From Candidatus Campbellbacteria bacterium (GTDB lineage: Bacteria; Patescibacteriota; Minisyncoccia; Phycocordibacterales; UBA1006), in the NCBI GenBank assembly GCA_002698305.1, contig NZWR01000005.1, forward strand, positions 2,047-66,046: a stretch of 64,000 nucleotides of DNA, read 5' to 3'. Below, piece by piece: positions 43,426 through 56,195 of the stretch (the stretch's first letter is position 1; every line of letters starts with the position of its first letter). A model generated the notes under the pieces. It was not told the origin of the DNA and searched no databases. It worked only from the letters and a program-made list of their open reading frames with translations. Position numbers and translations under genes: made by a program.

Positions 43426-44406
43426 ATGGAAATTCTAGAACACGATATAGATGCTATTCGAGATAATCATAGTACCCAGTTTTTTGCTACACAGATTCAA
43501 GATCTCATGCAAAAACTTATAGAAACTGAGGAAATGGCCTCTGATCCAGAGATGGCTGAATTAGCCAAGGGAGAGATAAAGAATTTAAAAATTCAGATTA
43601 ATGCCTACATTGAACAGGCGCAGGATATCATTAAAAAAGAAGAAGAAGCAGATAAAGAATCACCGCGCGAAATTATTTTGGAAATTAGAGCAGGTGCAGG
43701 TGGTGATGAAGCGTCATTGTTTGCAAAAGAGATGGCCGAAATGTATCAGCGCTATGCTGAAACACAGCCATGGAGCTGGTCAGTTGTTGACGTCTCTTCA
43801 AATGATTTAGGGGGATATAAAGAAGCTTCATTTGAACTAAAAGGAGAGGGAGTTTATGAGCAACTGCAATGGGAAACCGGGGTGCATAGGGTGCAGCGGG
43901 TTCCTGAGACCGAGAAACAAGGACGTATTCATACATCAACAATTTCAGTGGCCGTTATGCCTTTGTTTAAACGTACAACGATTGAATTGAATCCAGGTGA
44001 CCTCGAATTTGAAACATCACGATCAGGTGGAGCAGGGGGGCAAAACGTAAACAAGGTTGAAACAGCTGTTCGCGTTATTCATAAACCGTCTGGACTTGAT
44101 GTGCGCTCGACCGCACACAGAACGCAATTAAAAAACAAGGAAGCTGCACTTTCTATTTTGAAGTCAAAACTTCAATCAATTAAGGATGAAGAAGAGCGTT
44201 CAAAACATGACACTTTGCGTAAGAAACAAATTGGTACTGGAGATAGAAGTGAGAAAATCAGGACATATAATTTCCCTCAGGACCGTATCACTGATCATCG
44301 AATAAAAGAATCATGGTCAAACATTCCTGGAATTCTCAGTGGAGACTTTGGAAGAATTCTTAAGGAGCTGCGAAAAAAACAAGATGAACTAGATCAAGAG
44401 GAATAA
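43426..44406 (+). CDS. prfA: peptide chain release factor 1 (short N-terminus)
   Basis: PxT-type tripeptide in [20 protein letters not shown] in [17 protein letters not shown]; start moved from TTG 43420 to ATG 43426. Confidence 0.85.
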   Translation: MEILEHDIDAIRDNHSTQFFATQIQDLMQKLIETEEMASDPEMAELAKGEIKNLKIQINAYIEQAQDIIKKEEEADKESPREIILEIRAGAGGDEASLFAKEMAEMYQRYAETQPWSWSVVDVSSNDLGGYKEASFELKGEGVYEQLQWETGVHRVQRVPETEKQGRIHTSTISVAVMPLFKRTTIELNPGDLEFETSRSGGAGGQNVNKVETAVRVIHKPSGLDVRSTAHRTQLKNKEAALSILKSKLQSIKDEEERSKHDTLRKKQIGTGDRSEKIRTYNFPQDRITDHRIKESWSNIPGILSGDFGRILKELRKKQDELDQEE

Positions 44407-44422
44407 AAACCTCTTTTTTCTT

Positions 44423-44431
44423 TGTTATAAT
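44423..44431 (+). promoter_or_regulatory. extended -10 TGtTATAAT, leaderless spacing
   Basis: 6 nt to ATG 44438. Confidence 0.55.
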
Positions 44432-44437
44432 TCGTAT

Positions 44438-45064
44438 ATGAATCACAAACAACAGATTGTACATATTGGAGGAGGGGAGGCATTTAATTCGTATGATCAA
44501 TACATTAACTATCTACAAAGTGTTCCATTATGGCACATGGAAAAAAGCCAGGAATCTTTGCCTTGGTATAAAAAGTATGGTGAATATTTGAATGAAAAAA
44601 AATATGAGTGTATTAAAATCCCTATGCCAAATGATAGCAACGCAAGGTATAATGAATGGAAAATATGGTTTGAACGACATATTCCATTTTTGCGTGATGG
44701 AGTAATTCTCGTCGGGCACTCATTAGGTGGAATTTTTCTAGCCAAGTACCTAAGTCACAATACGCTCCTGGTAGATATTGAGCAACTGCATCTTGTTGCA
44801 GCTCCTTATGATAATGAAAATAAAAAAGAGCAATTAGCTGATTTTAAGATAACAGAATTTCCTAATGATTTTTACGAAAACACAATTAGTAGAATTCACA
44901 TCTATCATTCAAAAGATGATACGGTGGTGCCAATCTCAGAATCAGAAAAATATCACAAAGCACTGCCTGAATCCCAATTGCGTATTTTTGATGACCGTTT
45001 TCATTTTCTTGACGAGACATTTCCTGAACTATTTGAAAACATTAGGTCAATTTCTGACGAGTAG
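44438..45064 (+). CDS. alpha/beta hydrolase (YdeN/RBBP9-like serine hydrolase)
   Basis: Nucleophile elbow VGHSLGG; late D and H (SKDDTVV, DRFHFLD). Confidence 0.6.
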   Translation: MNHKQQIVHIGGGEAFNSYDQYINYLQSVPLWHMEKSQESLPWYKKYGEYLNEKKYECIKIPMPNDSNARYNEWKIWFERHIPFLRDGVILVGHSLGGIFLAKYLSHNTLLVDIEQLHLVAAPYDNENKKEQLADFKITEFPNDFYENTISRIHIYHSKDDTVVPISESEKYHKALPESQLRIFDDRFHFLDETFPELFENIRSISDE

Positions 45065-45121
45065 TAGAAAACAATACATAATTTATAGACATTTTAATGG
45101 AGTAACCTATACTATTTATAT

Positions 45122-45901
45122 ATGGAAACAACATATTTAGACAAAAAAAATTACATAGAACTATACCGAGAGCAGGCTGGTAAAGACAGAACACAACTCG
45201 GAAAAAAACTCGTATATCTATTCCTTGCAACGCTTCTTGCAATGTTTGGTGTTGGTATTGTCGTATCAATAGTATTTGGTGACAATGCTTTCTCAGAGCT
45301 ACTTATTCAACTTGTTTCATTTTTCGTTACCCTATATTCAATGAAATACCTTCTTAATCTGGTGGATGGTAAGGAAACAAGCTTCCAGGGGGTGTGGGAA
45401 AGCTTTACCTGGAAACAGTTTGGGTATGGCCTGCTTGCGTACGTGCTTATGAGCATTGCTATTCTAGCAGGATATCTGTTGTTAATTGTTCCTGGAATTA
45501 TTTTAACGTATATGTTTGCAATGGTAGTGCCAACTATTGCTGACAACACGACCAAACCACTTGAGGCACTGAAAGAAAGTCGTCGATTAACGCAAGGATA
45601 TAAGATGAAGATTTTCCTTACCACCTTATCAGTAGCTATTCATTATTACGCACTGCCAATCTTTGCTGTATTGCTTGGTGTTATTGCAGGTATGATGGGA
45701 ATTATCTGGCTTGCCGGAATATTATTTGCCGTTGCTGTAGGGTTTGGTATTTATGCAAGTTTTGCCCTTATGACATTGGTACCACGAATCTATCGTGATC
45801 TAGAACTAATTAAGGGAGCAAAAGAATCTGAACCAGCGGTTGTTGTGGCTGAGGAAAGTGTGGAGACTGAAGACCAAACAGAATACACAGAAGAAAAATA
45901 A
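45122..45901 (+). CDS. polytopic membrane protein (DUF975-like layout)
   Basis: 259 aa, ~5 TM helices, acidic C-tail. Confidence 0.5.
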   Translation: METTYLDKKNYIELYREQAGKDRTQLGKKLVYLFLATLLAMFGVGIVVSIVFGDNAFSELLIQLVSFFVTLYSMKYLLNLVDGKETSFQGVWESFTWKQFGYGLLAYVLMSIAILAGYLLLIVPGIILTYMFAMVVPTIADNTTKPLEALKESRRLTQGYKMKIFLTTLSVAIHYYALPIFAVLLGVIAGMMGIIWLAGILFAVAVGFGIYASFALMTLVPRIYRDLELIKGAKESEPAVVVAEESVETEDQTEYTEEK

Positions 45902-45923
45902 AAACACATTGCAATGTGTTTTT
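45901..45923 (+). terminator. rho-independent terminator
   Basis: AAAACACATTG/CAATGTGTTTT palindrome plus T-run. Confidence 0.8.
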
Positions 45924-45992
45924 ATTTGCAGAAATTATTATTTTGATATACTATTTCAATCGGCTGGACATATAAATAGCCATATAATTAAT

Positions 45993-46069
45993 GCGCGTGT
46001 AGCTCAGGTGGTTAGAGCGCGTCACTGATAATGACGAGGTCCTAGGTTCAAGTCCTAGCATGCGCACCA
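45993..46069 (+). tRNA. tRNA-Ile (anticodon GAT), CCA encoded
   Basis: Acceptor GCGCGTG/CATGCGC, anticodon arm CGTCA-CTGATAA-TGACG, T arm CTAGG-TTCAAGT-CCTAG; TGaTATACT promoter about 45 nt upstream. Confidence 0.9.
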
Positions 46070-46160
46070 ATATTTATATTTATCAAAATAAGAATCTTTC
46101 CTTCCAGAAAGTTTTTTATTTTGATATACTCTCTAAAATAACAATTAATATTTCAAGCAA

Positions 46161-46574
46161 ATGATACGTTTTGGTGTAATATATGAGACACTAAAACAGT
46201 GGCTCATACCGACGAAAATTATTCGTCATAATATACTTCATGTGTATGTAACACTTGAAGATACGATTCTTGTAAAATCTGGAAAAAAAATTGACAGCAA
46301 TCACTATGACTTCAAGGTGTTAAGGAAACTACGTAAAGAGATTATCTTAGTCAAAAAACTTCGCTTTTTTAAGAAAGTTTGTTTTGAAAAAAAGGGTTTT
46401 CTAACCTACAAAGAGATTCCTCGCTACAAAGTCTTAGCTCTATACAAGGAGTCTCTGAAAAAAAATAATGTTTACCCCACTTTTGAAGGATGTCTTGTGA
46501 AATTTACCTTACAAGGTCGTTCTTTCGGTGAAGGTATGTGTTATGAAAATGAAGACGAATGTCGGGCTGCGTAA
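46161..46574 (+). CDS. hypothetical basic protein
   Basis: 137-aa Lys/Arg-rich ORF; hairpin GGCTGCG taaaaa CGCAGCC overlaps the stop. Confidence 0.45.
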   Translation: MIRFGVIYETLKQWLIPTKIIRHNILHVYVTLEDTILVKSGKKIDSNHYDFKVLRKLRKEIILVKKLRFFKKVCFEKKGFLTYKEIPRYKVLALYKESLKKNNVYPTFEGCLVKFTLQGRSFGEGMCYENEDECRAA

Positions 46575-46651
46575 AAACGCAGCCTTTTTCTTGCTCAAAT
46601 AGCTTTGGATGTTATACTACGCGCGACATTCTTTGTAATGTCACACTTATT

Positions 46652-46963
46652 ATGGAGCTCAAGAAGTTGGAACAACAGCGCGATGCATACGCAAGTAAAA
46701 TATTACCACTGGGAATAAAAATCGCAGTGATTTTTTTAATACCTGCAGCTATCGCCGTTCTTCTTAATAAATTTTTGAATGTGCCTATTCGGTACACACT
46801 TCCTGTTGCTTTTCTTCTATCGTGGTATGGAGTTATTATGATCTACCGCAAAACTTCACGCGAAGTTCGCGCATTAGATCAAAAAATAAAGGAGCTCCGT
46901 AATCAGGATGTGCGTATGAAGACTGAAGAGGATGTGTCCTCATCGGGGACAGACGCTAATTAG
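46652..46963 (+). CDS. AtpZ/AtpI-like two-TM protein preceding the atp operon
   Basis: Start moved to ATG 46652 (MELKKLEQ); two TM helices; position immediately upstream of atpB. Confidence 0.45.
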   Translation: MELKKLEQQRDAYASKILPLGIKIAVIFLIPAAIAVLLNKFLNVPIRYTLPVAFLLSWYGVIMIYRKTSREVRALDQKIKELRNQDVRMKTEEDVSSSGTDAN

Positions 46964-46971
46964 TTATTATT

Positions 46972-47766
46972 ATGAAATTTGGACTAGAGAGGGCATTAAC
47001 GCCTATACAACCTGACGTCGTATTTACGATTGGAAATTTCAAAGTCGCAAATTCAACCTTAATGATACTCTTTCTTGCAATCGTATTTTTAATTTTTGGG
47101 CTAACGTATGTCCGCAAATTTAAACTACGACCAGGAAAACTACAATCAATTGTCGAAATGATCTATGAATCAATTGTTGGTTTAGTAGAACAGATTACCA
47201 ATAATCGTGAACATGCAAAAAAGATTTTTCCGATTATTGCTTCAATCCTTGTCTATTTTGCGATAGCAAACGTTATTGCAATAATTCCGGGACTAACTGA
47301 TATTACCTATAACGGTGTCGCTATCATGCGTACACCAACCTCTGATTTCAATACTGCCCTTGGGGTATCATTGGCATCAGTTGTTGCGCTTAATATCATA
47401 TCATTTCGTTCATATGGATTTATTGGATACCTTGGAACCTTTTTTAATCTAAAAGGAGTGTACCGAGGGTTCAAAAAGAGTGTTATGGATGGGTTTATGG
47501 GTCTGATTGATTTGTTCGTTGGACTTCTTAACATCATCGGTGAAGTTGCAAAAGTAGTTTCATTATCATTCCGTTTATTTGGAAACGTATATGCGGGACA
47601 AGTGCTCGCCATTATTATTATGGGGGCTTTCGCATATGGATTACCAGTGGTATGGACAGTGATGAGTAGTTTTACTGGTATTTTACAGGGAATGGTATTT
47701 GCATCGCTGGTTGCGGTGTACTACACCCTGGCATTAAAACCAGTTGAGGAAACAACAAAAGAATAA
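46972..47766 (+). CDS. atpB: F0F1 ATP synthase subunit a
   Basis: Multi-TM; essential Arg region SLSFRLFGNVYAGQV. Confidence 0.9.
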   Translation: MKFGLERALTPIQPDVVFTIGNFKVANSTLMILFLAIVFLIFGLTYVRKFKLRPGKLQSIVEMIYESIVGLVEQITNNREHAKKIFPIIASILVYFAIANVIAIIPGLTDITYNGVAIMRTPTSDFNTALGVSLASVVALNIISFRSYGFIGYLGTFFNLKGVYRGFKKSVMDGFMGLIDLFVGLLNIIGEVAKVVSLSFRLFGNVYAGQVLAIIIMGAFAYGLPVVWTVMSSFTGILQGMVFASLVAVYYTLALKPVEETTKE

Positions 47767-48027
<261 letters not shown>

Positions 48028-48056
48028 GGAAGGCTTAACATCAAACCTATACTATT

Positions 48057-48563
48057 ATGATGGACGTACTTAACAATATTGGGTTTGATTGGCAGGTTGC
48101 TCTGGCAAACTTTATTAACTTTCTGATTATTTTTTGGATTTTGAAAACATGGGTATTTGGCCCAGTTGAAAAAATTATCAACGAACGAAAGGCGAAAATC
48201 GCCGAAGGACTTGAGCAAGCTCAAGAATCAGAAAAGGAATTGCTTCACGCAAAAGAAGCAGCAACCAATGAAATTAAAAGAGCTAAAAGCCAAGCAAACC
48301 AAATCATGGCTGAGGCAAAAGACACTGCTGATAATCAAGTAGCACACGCTAAAGATAAAGCCTCACAAGAAGCATCAGCAATTATTGAAAAAGCACATTC
48401 TCAAATTGAGAAAGATCGTGTGCATATGGAAAAAGATTTGTATGAAAAAACAGCAGGACTTGTTGCTTTGGGTGTACAAAAAATTCTTCATGAAGAAGTG
48501 GATGAATCAAAGAATTCAGAAATTTCAAAACGTGCATTAGAAGTGCTTGCTCAAAAACAATAG
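48057..48563 (+). CDS. atpF: F0F1 ATP synthase subunit b
   Basis: N-terminal TM then long charged helix; operon position. Confidence 0.8.
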   Translation: MMDVLNNIGFDWQVALANFINFLIIFWILKTWVFGPVEKIINERKAKIAEGLEQAQESEKELLHAKEAATNEIKRAKSQANQIMAEAKDTADNQVAHAKDKASQEASAIIEKAHSQIEKDRVHMEKDLYEKTAGLVALGVQKILHEEVDESKNSEISKRALEVLAQKQ

Positions 48564-48567
48564 GTCT

Positions 48568-48948
48568 ATGGTTAATTCACAAACACTTGCACGGACAGTG
48601 CTTGAACTGCAGACAAAACCAGAGCCTGAAAAACATATAGAAGCATTCATTAACTATTTGAAAGAAAATAATTTGATTGGACTTCTACCACAAGTAATTG
48701 ACCATATTGGTCGTATTACTGAACGTCAGGAGGAAACACAAACGCTTCATATAGCATCGAAGCACGAATTGTCTTCTCATGACATACAAACTATTCAATC
48801 GATAACTGGAGCATCTGATGCACCAGTAGAGACGCATATTAATAAAGACATTATTGGTGGCTTTAGCGCAAGCTATGAGGGCTACCTTTATGATGGCAGC
48901 CTTGAACACCAAGTGTCACGCCTAAAAGATATGCTCTTGCGATCATAA
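48568..48948 (+). CDS. atpH: F0F1 ATP synthase subunit delta (short)
   Basis: Start moved to ATG 48568, after the atpF stop at 48561..48563; C-terminal [18 protein letters not shown] typical of delta/OSCP. Confidence 0.75.
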   Translation: MVNSQTLARTVLELQTKPEPEKHIEAFINYLKENNLIGLLPQVIDHIGRITERQEETQTLHIASKHELSSHDIQTIQSITGASDAPVETHINKDIIGGFSASYEGYLYDGSLEHQVSRLKDMLLRS

Positions 48949-48965
48949 TCGTTACAACATTATTT

Positions 48966-50462
48966 ATGAACACAGAAGCACTAGTTAAAAAATTAGAGAC
49001 AGAAATTCAAAACTTTCAATCTGATGTAGATGTTACTGAATACGGAATCGTGCAATCTATCGGAGACGGTATTGCGCGCGTTTCAGGACTTCGGGAATGT
49101 AAAGCCTCAGAAATGATTGAGTTTGAAAATGGAACCGTTGGTGTTGCTTTAAACTTAGAGGAAGATACCGTCGGTATCATTGTTCTAGGTGATTATCTTT
49201 CTATTAAAGAAGGAGATAAGGCAAAACGAACTGGAAAAATTCTTTCAATTCCTGTTGGTGATGCAATTATGGGGCGCGTAGTGAACCCGCTTGCACAGCC
49301 GCTTGATGGGAAAGGAGATATTTCAAATACACAGCAGCAACTGATTGAGCGTGTCGCACCAGGAGTGATGACCCGTGAACCAGTTTCAATTCCGATGCAA
49401 ACAGGTATCAAGGTGATCGATGCCCTAGTTCCAATTGGACGAGGACAACGAGAGTTAATTATTGGTGATCGGCAAACAGGTAAAACTGCACTTGCGATTG
49501 ATACGATTATCAATCAAAAAGGGCAGAACATGAAATGTGTATATGTTGCTATTGGACAAAAAAAATCCAAGGTAATGCGTCTTGTGCAAAAGCTTGAAGA
49601 AGCTGGAGCCATGGACTATACAACTGTTGTACTTGCTGGGGCATCAGACCCATCATCATTGCAGTATATTGCGCCGTATGCCGGAGTAGCTATCGCAGAA
49701 TACTTTCTTGATAAAGGAGAAGATGTATTGGTGGTGTATGATGACTTAACAAAACATGCTGCAGCATATCGTGAAATTTCACTTCTTCTTCGACGTCCAC
49801 CAGGACGTGAAGCGTATCCTGGAGATGTATTTTATCTTCACTCACGACTTCTTGAACGAGCATGTCGTTTGAACGATGACAACGGAGGAGGGTCAATTAC
49901 CGCATTGCCAGTTATTGAAACACAAGGAGGGGATGTATCAGCATACATTCCAACCAACGTAATTTCTATTACTGACGGACAAATCTTCCTTGAAGCAGGA
50001 CTCTTTAACAAAGGTATCAGACCAGCAATTAATGTTGGACTATCGGTATCACGTGTAGGAGGAGCAGCACAAACAAAAGCAATGAAGAAAACAGCTGGAC
50101 CAATGAAGCTTGCACTTGCGCAATATCGTGAGCTTGAATCATTTGCCCAGTTTGGATCAGATCTTGATCCTCAAACAAAGAAAACGCTTGATCATGGAGC
50201 AAAATCAGTGGAACTTCTTAAACAGAAACAATACAGCCCAATCACCATGCCAAAACAGGTTGCATCAATTTATGCCCTGAATAATGGTCTTCTTGAAGAT
50301 ATTGATATGGCTGATATTCAAAAATGGGAAGAAGGATTTTACTCATTCCTTGAAGCATCTAAAGCATCACTCCTTGAGGGTATCCAAAAAGGGTGGAGCG
50401 ATGATGTTCAAAAGGAATTGAAAGAAGCAATTTCTGAATACAATCAACTGTTTAACGGTTAA
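48966..50462 (+). CDS. atpA: F0F1 ATP synthase subunit alpha
   Basis: Walker [29 protein letters not shown]. Confidence 0.95.
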   Translation: MNTEALVKKLETEIQNFQSDVDVTEYGIVQSIGDGIARVSGLRECKASEMIEFENGTVGVALNLEEDTVGIIVLGDYLSIKEGDKAKRTGKILSIPVGDAIMGRVVNPLAQPLDGKGDISNTQQQLIERVAPGVMTREPVSIPMQTGIKVIDALVPIGRGQRELIIGDRQTGKTALAIDTIINQKGQNMKCVYVAIGQKKSKVMRLVQKLEEAGAMDYTTVVLAGASDPSSLQYIAPYAGVAIAEYFLDKGEDVLVVYDDLTKHAAAYREISLLLRRPPGREAYPGDVFYLHSRLLERACRLNDDNGGGSITALPVIETQGGDVSAYIPTNVISITDGQIFLEAGLFNKGIRPAINVGLSVSRVGGAAQTKAMKKTAGPMKLALAQYRELESFAQFGSDLDPQTKKTLDHGAKSVELLKQKQYSPITMPKQVASIYALNNGLLEDIDMADIQKWEEGFYSFLEASKASLLEGIQKGWSDDVQKELKEAISEYNQLFNG

Positions 50463-50485
50463 GTTACGGCTTTACCACTAAGGTT

Positions 50486-52803
<2,318 letters not shown>

Positions 52804-52817
52804 CGTTACTTTGTATT

Positions 52818-53246
52818 ATGTCAGATAAACAATTACAACTGACTGTGGCAACACCACTTGCCGAAGTGTACAAAGAAATGGTTGATCAAATTACGGTGAC
52901 AACCGCAAACGGTGAAATTACTATTTTACCTGACCACGTACCTTTGGTGGTACCGCTTGACCTTGGTCAAGTAATGGTCAAAAAAGGAAATCACGAAGAG
53001 TTTCTTTCTATCGAAGGAGGGATTCTCGAAGTGCGTCATACCCATGATGTGGTGATTCTTTCAAATCGCGCAGATAATGTATCTAAACTAGATATTCAAA
53101 CTGCTGAAGATGCATATCAACGAGCCAAGGATTTGATGCAAGAAAAACTTGATCCAAATGAAACAGAGTATGCTGCTTTGGAAAAGAAGATGGCGTATGA
53201 GTTGAATAAGGTGAAAATTGCGTCACGCCGCGGTCAACGACGTTAA
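52818..53246 (+). CDS. atpC: F0F1 ATP synthase subunit epsilon
   Basis: Beta-sandwich start LQLTVATPL..., ILPDHVPL; helical C-terminus; operon position. Confidence 0.85.
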   Translation: MSDKQLQLTVATPLAEVYKEMVDQITVTTANGEITILPDHVPLVVPLDLGQVMVKKGNHEEFLSIEGGILEVRHTHDVVILSNRADNVSKLDIQTAEDAYQRAKDLMQEKLDPNETEYAALEKKMAYELNKVKIASRRGQRR

Positions 53247-53282
53247 AAAACTATAAAATAAGCAGATAGCTTTGTTGCTTTC

Positions 53283-53332
53283 GGTGCTCGCACATTCATC
53301 GTACAGATTCGTACGTCTCATGTGCTCGCACC
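53283..53332. other. GC-rich nested hairpin downstream of atpC
   Basis: GGTGCTCGCACAT ... ATGTGCTCGCACC (11 of 13 positions pair) enclosing CGTAC agattc GTACG; no T-run. Confidence 0.5.
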
Positions 53333-53542
53333 TTAGCGCCTCGCTCTCTACCTCATTTTATGGTTTTTAGTTTGCAAGATTTTTGTTTATTTTTGAAAAT
53401 ACGTTCTCGTTCTTACATTATAATAAATAGCGCTTGGACGCTCGCGTGCTTTTTTCCTGCAAATATATTCTATTTTTCAAATTCTGAAACCAGATTACTT
53501 TTTTTCGATCCTTAAAACATAGAATTTGAAACTTACTACTAT

Positions 53543-53570
53543 AAAAAATACCACCTACAATTGTAGGTGG
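53543..53570 (-). terminator. terminator of the 53605..54198 gene
   Basis: Perfect 20-nt palindrome CCACCTACAATTGTAGGTGG with T-run on the minus strand. Confidence 0.8.
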
Positions 53571-53604
53571 CTTATATTGCCAAGCTGTTTTACAGCTCCG
53601 AATC

Positions 53605-54198
53605 TTATTCAATTTTTGTTTTAGTTCCAACTAAATCAATTAGATTAACTAAGTGATTATATACTTCCTCCCAAGTCCCTGTATAAGTATCGTCAAGATA
53701 AGTAAAATTAGTTCTCCTCTCGTGTTTCTCAGGTTGATACCTAATTCTTTTCAACTTACCCATTAACTCATCTTCACTCCAGATACAATTACCAGCACTT
53801 CCATATACTTTAATTACAGCTTCATTACCAAGGCAAAAATTTACTATTAGATTAAAAGGTATTTCTCCATTTGGGATTGATTCAGGCCACCAATTAAATA
53901 TAGGGTCTCGTAACCATTGTTCAGTACAAGCCATTGTATGAAATGCAATTACTGTATTAAGTTCAAAAAATTGCTCATTGTCATACGAATAACTCACGTA
54001 CTCAAAATCACTTAAACTAGGATTAGTATCACACACATTATAATCAGCATCCTTAAGTGGATCTGGAAACATCACAGAGCAATATGGTGTTAAGGCTCTT
54101 AGTTTTTCTTCCCACTGATTAATTAAATCTGGAAAATTCTTTAGAGCTTTTGTTAACTCTGGATTAATTTCTTTCAAATTATCAGTTGTTGGTATCAT
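53605..54198 (-). CDS. hypothetical protein (orphan islet)
   Basis: 197-aa ORF, Trp/Cys-rich, no TM, no motif I recognise. Confidence 0.5.
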   Translation of the reverse strand: MIPTTDNLKEINPELTKALKNFPDLINQWEEKLRALTPYCSVMFPDPLKDADYNVCDTNPSLSDFEYVSYSYDNEQFFELNTVIAFHTMACTEQWLRDPIFNWWPESIPNGEIPFNLIVNFCLGNEAVIKVYGSAGNCIWSEDELMGKLKRIRYQPEKHERRTNFTYLDDTYTGTWEEVYNHLVNLIDLVGTKTKIE

Positions 54199-54331
54199 AT
54201 ATTTAGTTTTATTTTGTTATTTAATTGTTTCTGTTTCGATTCTTTTGAATCATCATCAGCACAAATACACATTTGTGGACAGAAAGGGCTTTCATTTCTG
54301 ATTGCCCTGCGGTTTCTAAAACCTGCTGAGT

Positions 54332-54676
54332 TTAATAATCACAACCCATATCTTCGAGAGTTTCTTTTTCGTCGAGTAATTTCTTTTCATATTCTTCACG
54401 AATATCTAGAAAAGTTCGATTTTTGAATTCTCTTTCATGGACGTTACAATATAACATCCAATCTTGATATTTTTTATCATCTAGTCTCATGGTAATCTTT
54501 TTTCCACAAAGAGATGCAACAAATAAGGTGCAACCTTGCGCGGTGAAAAATTTAATTTTTTCACCTTGATACTTAAGACTAAATCCACACCCCCATGATG
54601 CAATTGCGATTAATTTGATAGTTTCACTATTCATTATGTTGTATTTCTCATTGTTAATATCTTTTAGGTTAAACAA
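54332..54676 (-). CDS. hypothetical protein (orphan islet)
   Basis: 114-aa ORF, several Cys; TTGACA-type box upstream on the minus strand. Confidence 0.45.
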   Translation of the reverse strand: MFNLKDINNEKYNIMNSETIKLIAIASWGCGFSLKYQGEKIKFFTAQGCTLFVASLCGKKITMRLDDKKYQDWMLYCNVHEREFKNRTFLDIREEYEKKLLDEKETLEDMGCDY

Positions 54677-54741
54677 TAAATTTATATGTACTTGACTTAA
54701 TATATAATATACACATTTATATTTTTATGTCAAGTAATATA

Positions 54742-54769
54742 TTGATAGCTTTTATTGTGTTGGTATAAT
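54742..54769 (+). promoter_or_regulatory. promoter TTGATA-16-TGgTATAAT, leaderless spacing
   Basis: TTGATA 54742..54747, TATAAT 54764..54769, 6 nt to ATG 54776. Confidence 0.65.
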
Positions 54770-54775
54770 TTCCAT

Positions 54776-55450
54776 ATGAACAAAAATACAAAAATTATAA
54801 CAGGAATCATTGCAACAGCAGTATTGCTTGCTGGGTTGATGGTGGTGCTTTCAGCGCAATCATTTTCAAGCCAAGGGAAATATGTTGAGGTAAAGGGGTT
54901 ATCAGAGCGTATCATTAAGGCTGATCGAGCCATTTGGACCATGAGCTTTGAGGTCAAATCAAATGACAGCACGGACCTGTATCGACAAATTGCTAATCAG
55001 GTAGATGGTGTAACGTCATTCCTAAAGGATGCAGGATTTACTGATGCTGAAATTAGCAGCTCACCAGCCAGCACCTACCAAGATACCTATAATCAGGCAC
55101 AATACCGCTATAACGCACGCATGTCAGTGTCAGTCTATACAGATAAGATTGATTTGGTAAAAGAAGCATCAGAAGAAACGTTGTCATTAATTGAAAAAGG
55201 AATTGTCATTAATGATAGCTACGTGAATTATGAAATTGCTGACATTAATCAGTACAAACCAGACATGCTTGAAGAAGCTATTGGTAATGCCCGTGATTCA
55301 GCACAACAATTTGCTGATGATTCAGGTGCATCTATAGGAGATATTGCCAGAGCAAACCAAGGAGTCTTCGCTATTACAGAAAAAGATCCCGCATCACCAG
55401 AAATGAAAAAAGTTCGCCTTGTCTCGACGTTACGATATCTTATCGACTAA
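54776..55450 (+). CDS. SIMPL (DUF541) domain protein
   Basis: Start moved to ATG 54776; N-terminal TM then VEVKGLSERIIKADRAIWTMSFEV pattern typical of the family. Confidence 0.65.
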   Translation: MNKNTKIITGIIATAVLLAGLMVVLSAQSFSSQGKYVEVKGLSERIIKADRAIWTMSFEVKSNDSTDLYRQIANQVDGVTSFLKDAGFTDAEISSSPASTYQDTYNQAQYRYNARMSVSVYTDKIDLVKEASEETLSLIEKGIVINDSYVNYEIADINQYKPDMLEEAIGNARDSAQQFADDSGASIGDIARANQGVFAITEKDPASPEMKKVRLVSTLRYLID

Positions 55451-55472
55451 AACACCAACTAGGTGTTTTTTT
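55449..55472 (+). terminator. rho-independent terminator
   Basis: AAACACC aacta GGTGTTT plus T-run. Confidence 0.75.
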
Positions 55473-55540
55473 AAATATCGTGAAATGCGGTGATAGTTAT
55501 TCGATTCTTTTCTCTCTGTGGTATAGGGTATACTGTGTTC

Positions 55541-56104
55541 ATGAATATACCGAATGATGTACTTGAAAATTTTAAAAAAGAAGCCGGTGAAGAGCCAATA
55601 GCAATGACAACGGTGGGTAAACAAATAAGTAAAAGAAGTTTAAATATTGTCTTAGCTATTCTTATTGGAGCATCTTTGTTAATGATGGTGACCATCTTTT
55701 ATACCGTTTCAAAAAATGGCGCGGACGTACCTTTATTATTAAACCAACTGCTTTCTGGAAATATCAATAGTAAGAACAATTTCCTCTTATTCATTCCCTT
55801 TATTATACTTGCAGATATTTTTTGGATTTTTGTTATTAAACAGAAATCAAAGGTGCCAGAGTATTTTGCAATAATTGATACTGGAATCCTAAGGCAACGC
55901 AAAGATGAACTTAAAAAATTCCCCTGGACTCAATTCACTGGAAAAGTACAGCATTATGATGATACTGTTTATGGTTCACTCATCTATGAACTAAATACTT
56001 TTCGCATTACCGCAAAAGGAAAGAAACGACAAGAAAAACTTTCACTAAGCGATATATACTCTTCACGTTCAGTAAAAAATATTATTGATAGTCATCTAAA
56101 ATAA
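55541..56104 (+). CDS. hypothetical two-TM membrane protein
   Basis: Start moved to ATG 55541, 6 nt after TATACT (55529..55534). Confidence 0.5.
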   Translation: MNIPNDVLENFKKEAGEEPIAMTTVGKQISKRSLNIVLAILIGASLLMMVTIFYTVSKNGADVPLLLNQLLSGNINSKNNFLLFIPFIILADIFWIFVIKQKSKVPEYFAIIDTGILRQRKDELKKFPWTQFTGKVQHYDDTVYGSLIYELNTFRITAKGKKRQEKLSLSDIYSSRSVKNIIDSHLK

Positions 56105-56122
56105 AACATCGTACGATGTTTT
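56103..56122 (+). terminator. rho-independent terminator
   Basis: AAAACATCGTACGATGTTTT palindrome plus T-run. Confidence 0.75.
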
Positions 56123-56195
56123 ATTTTAGATACAATAATATTTGCATTAAATATTATTAATGTCATAATTATGAAAACTTTAAATAAATTTTAAT

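Noticed and set aside
53418-53630. 70-aa minus-strand ORF in the post-atpC spacer
   Set aside because: It reads straight through the 20-nt palindromic terminator of the neighbouring gene and overlaps that gene's 3' end. It has no promoter-like box.
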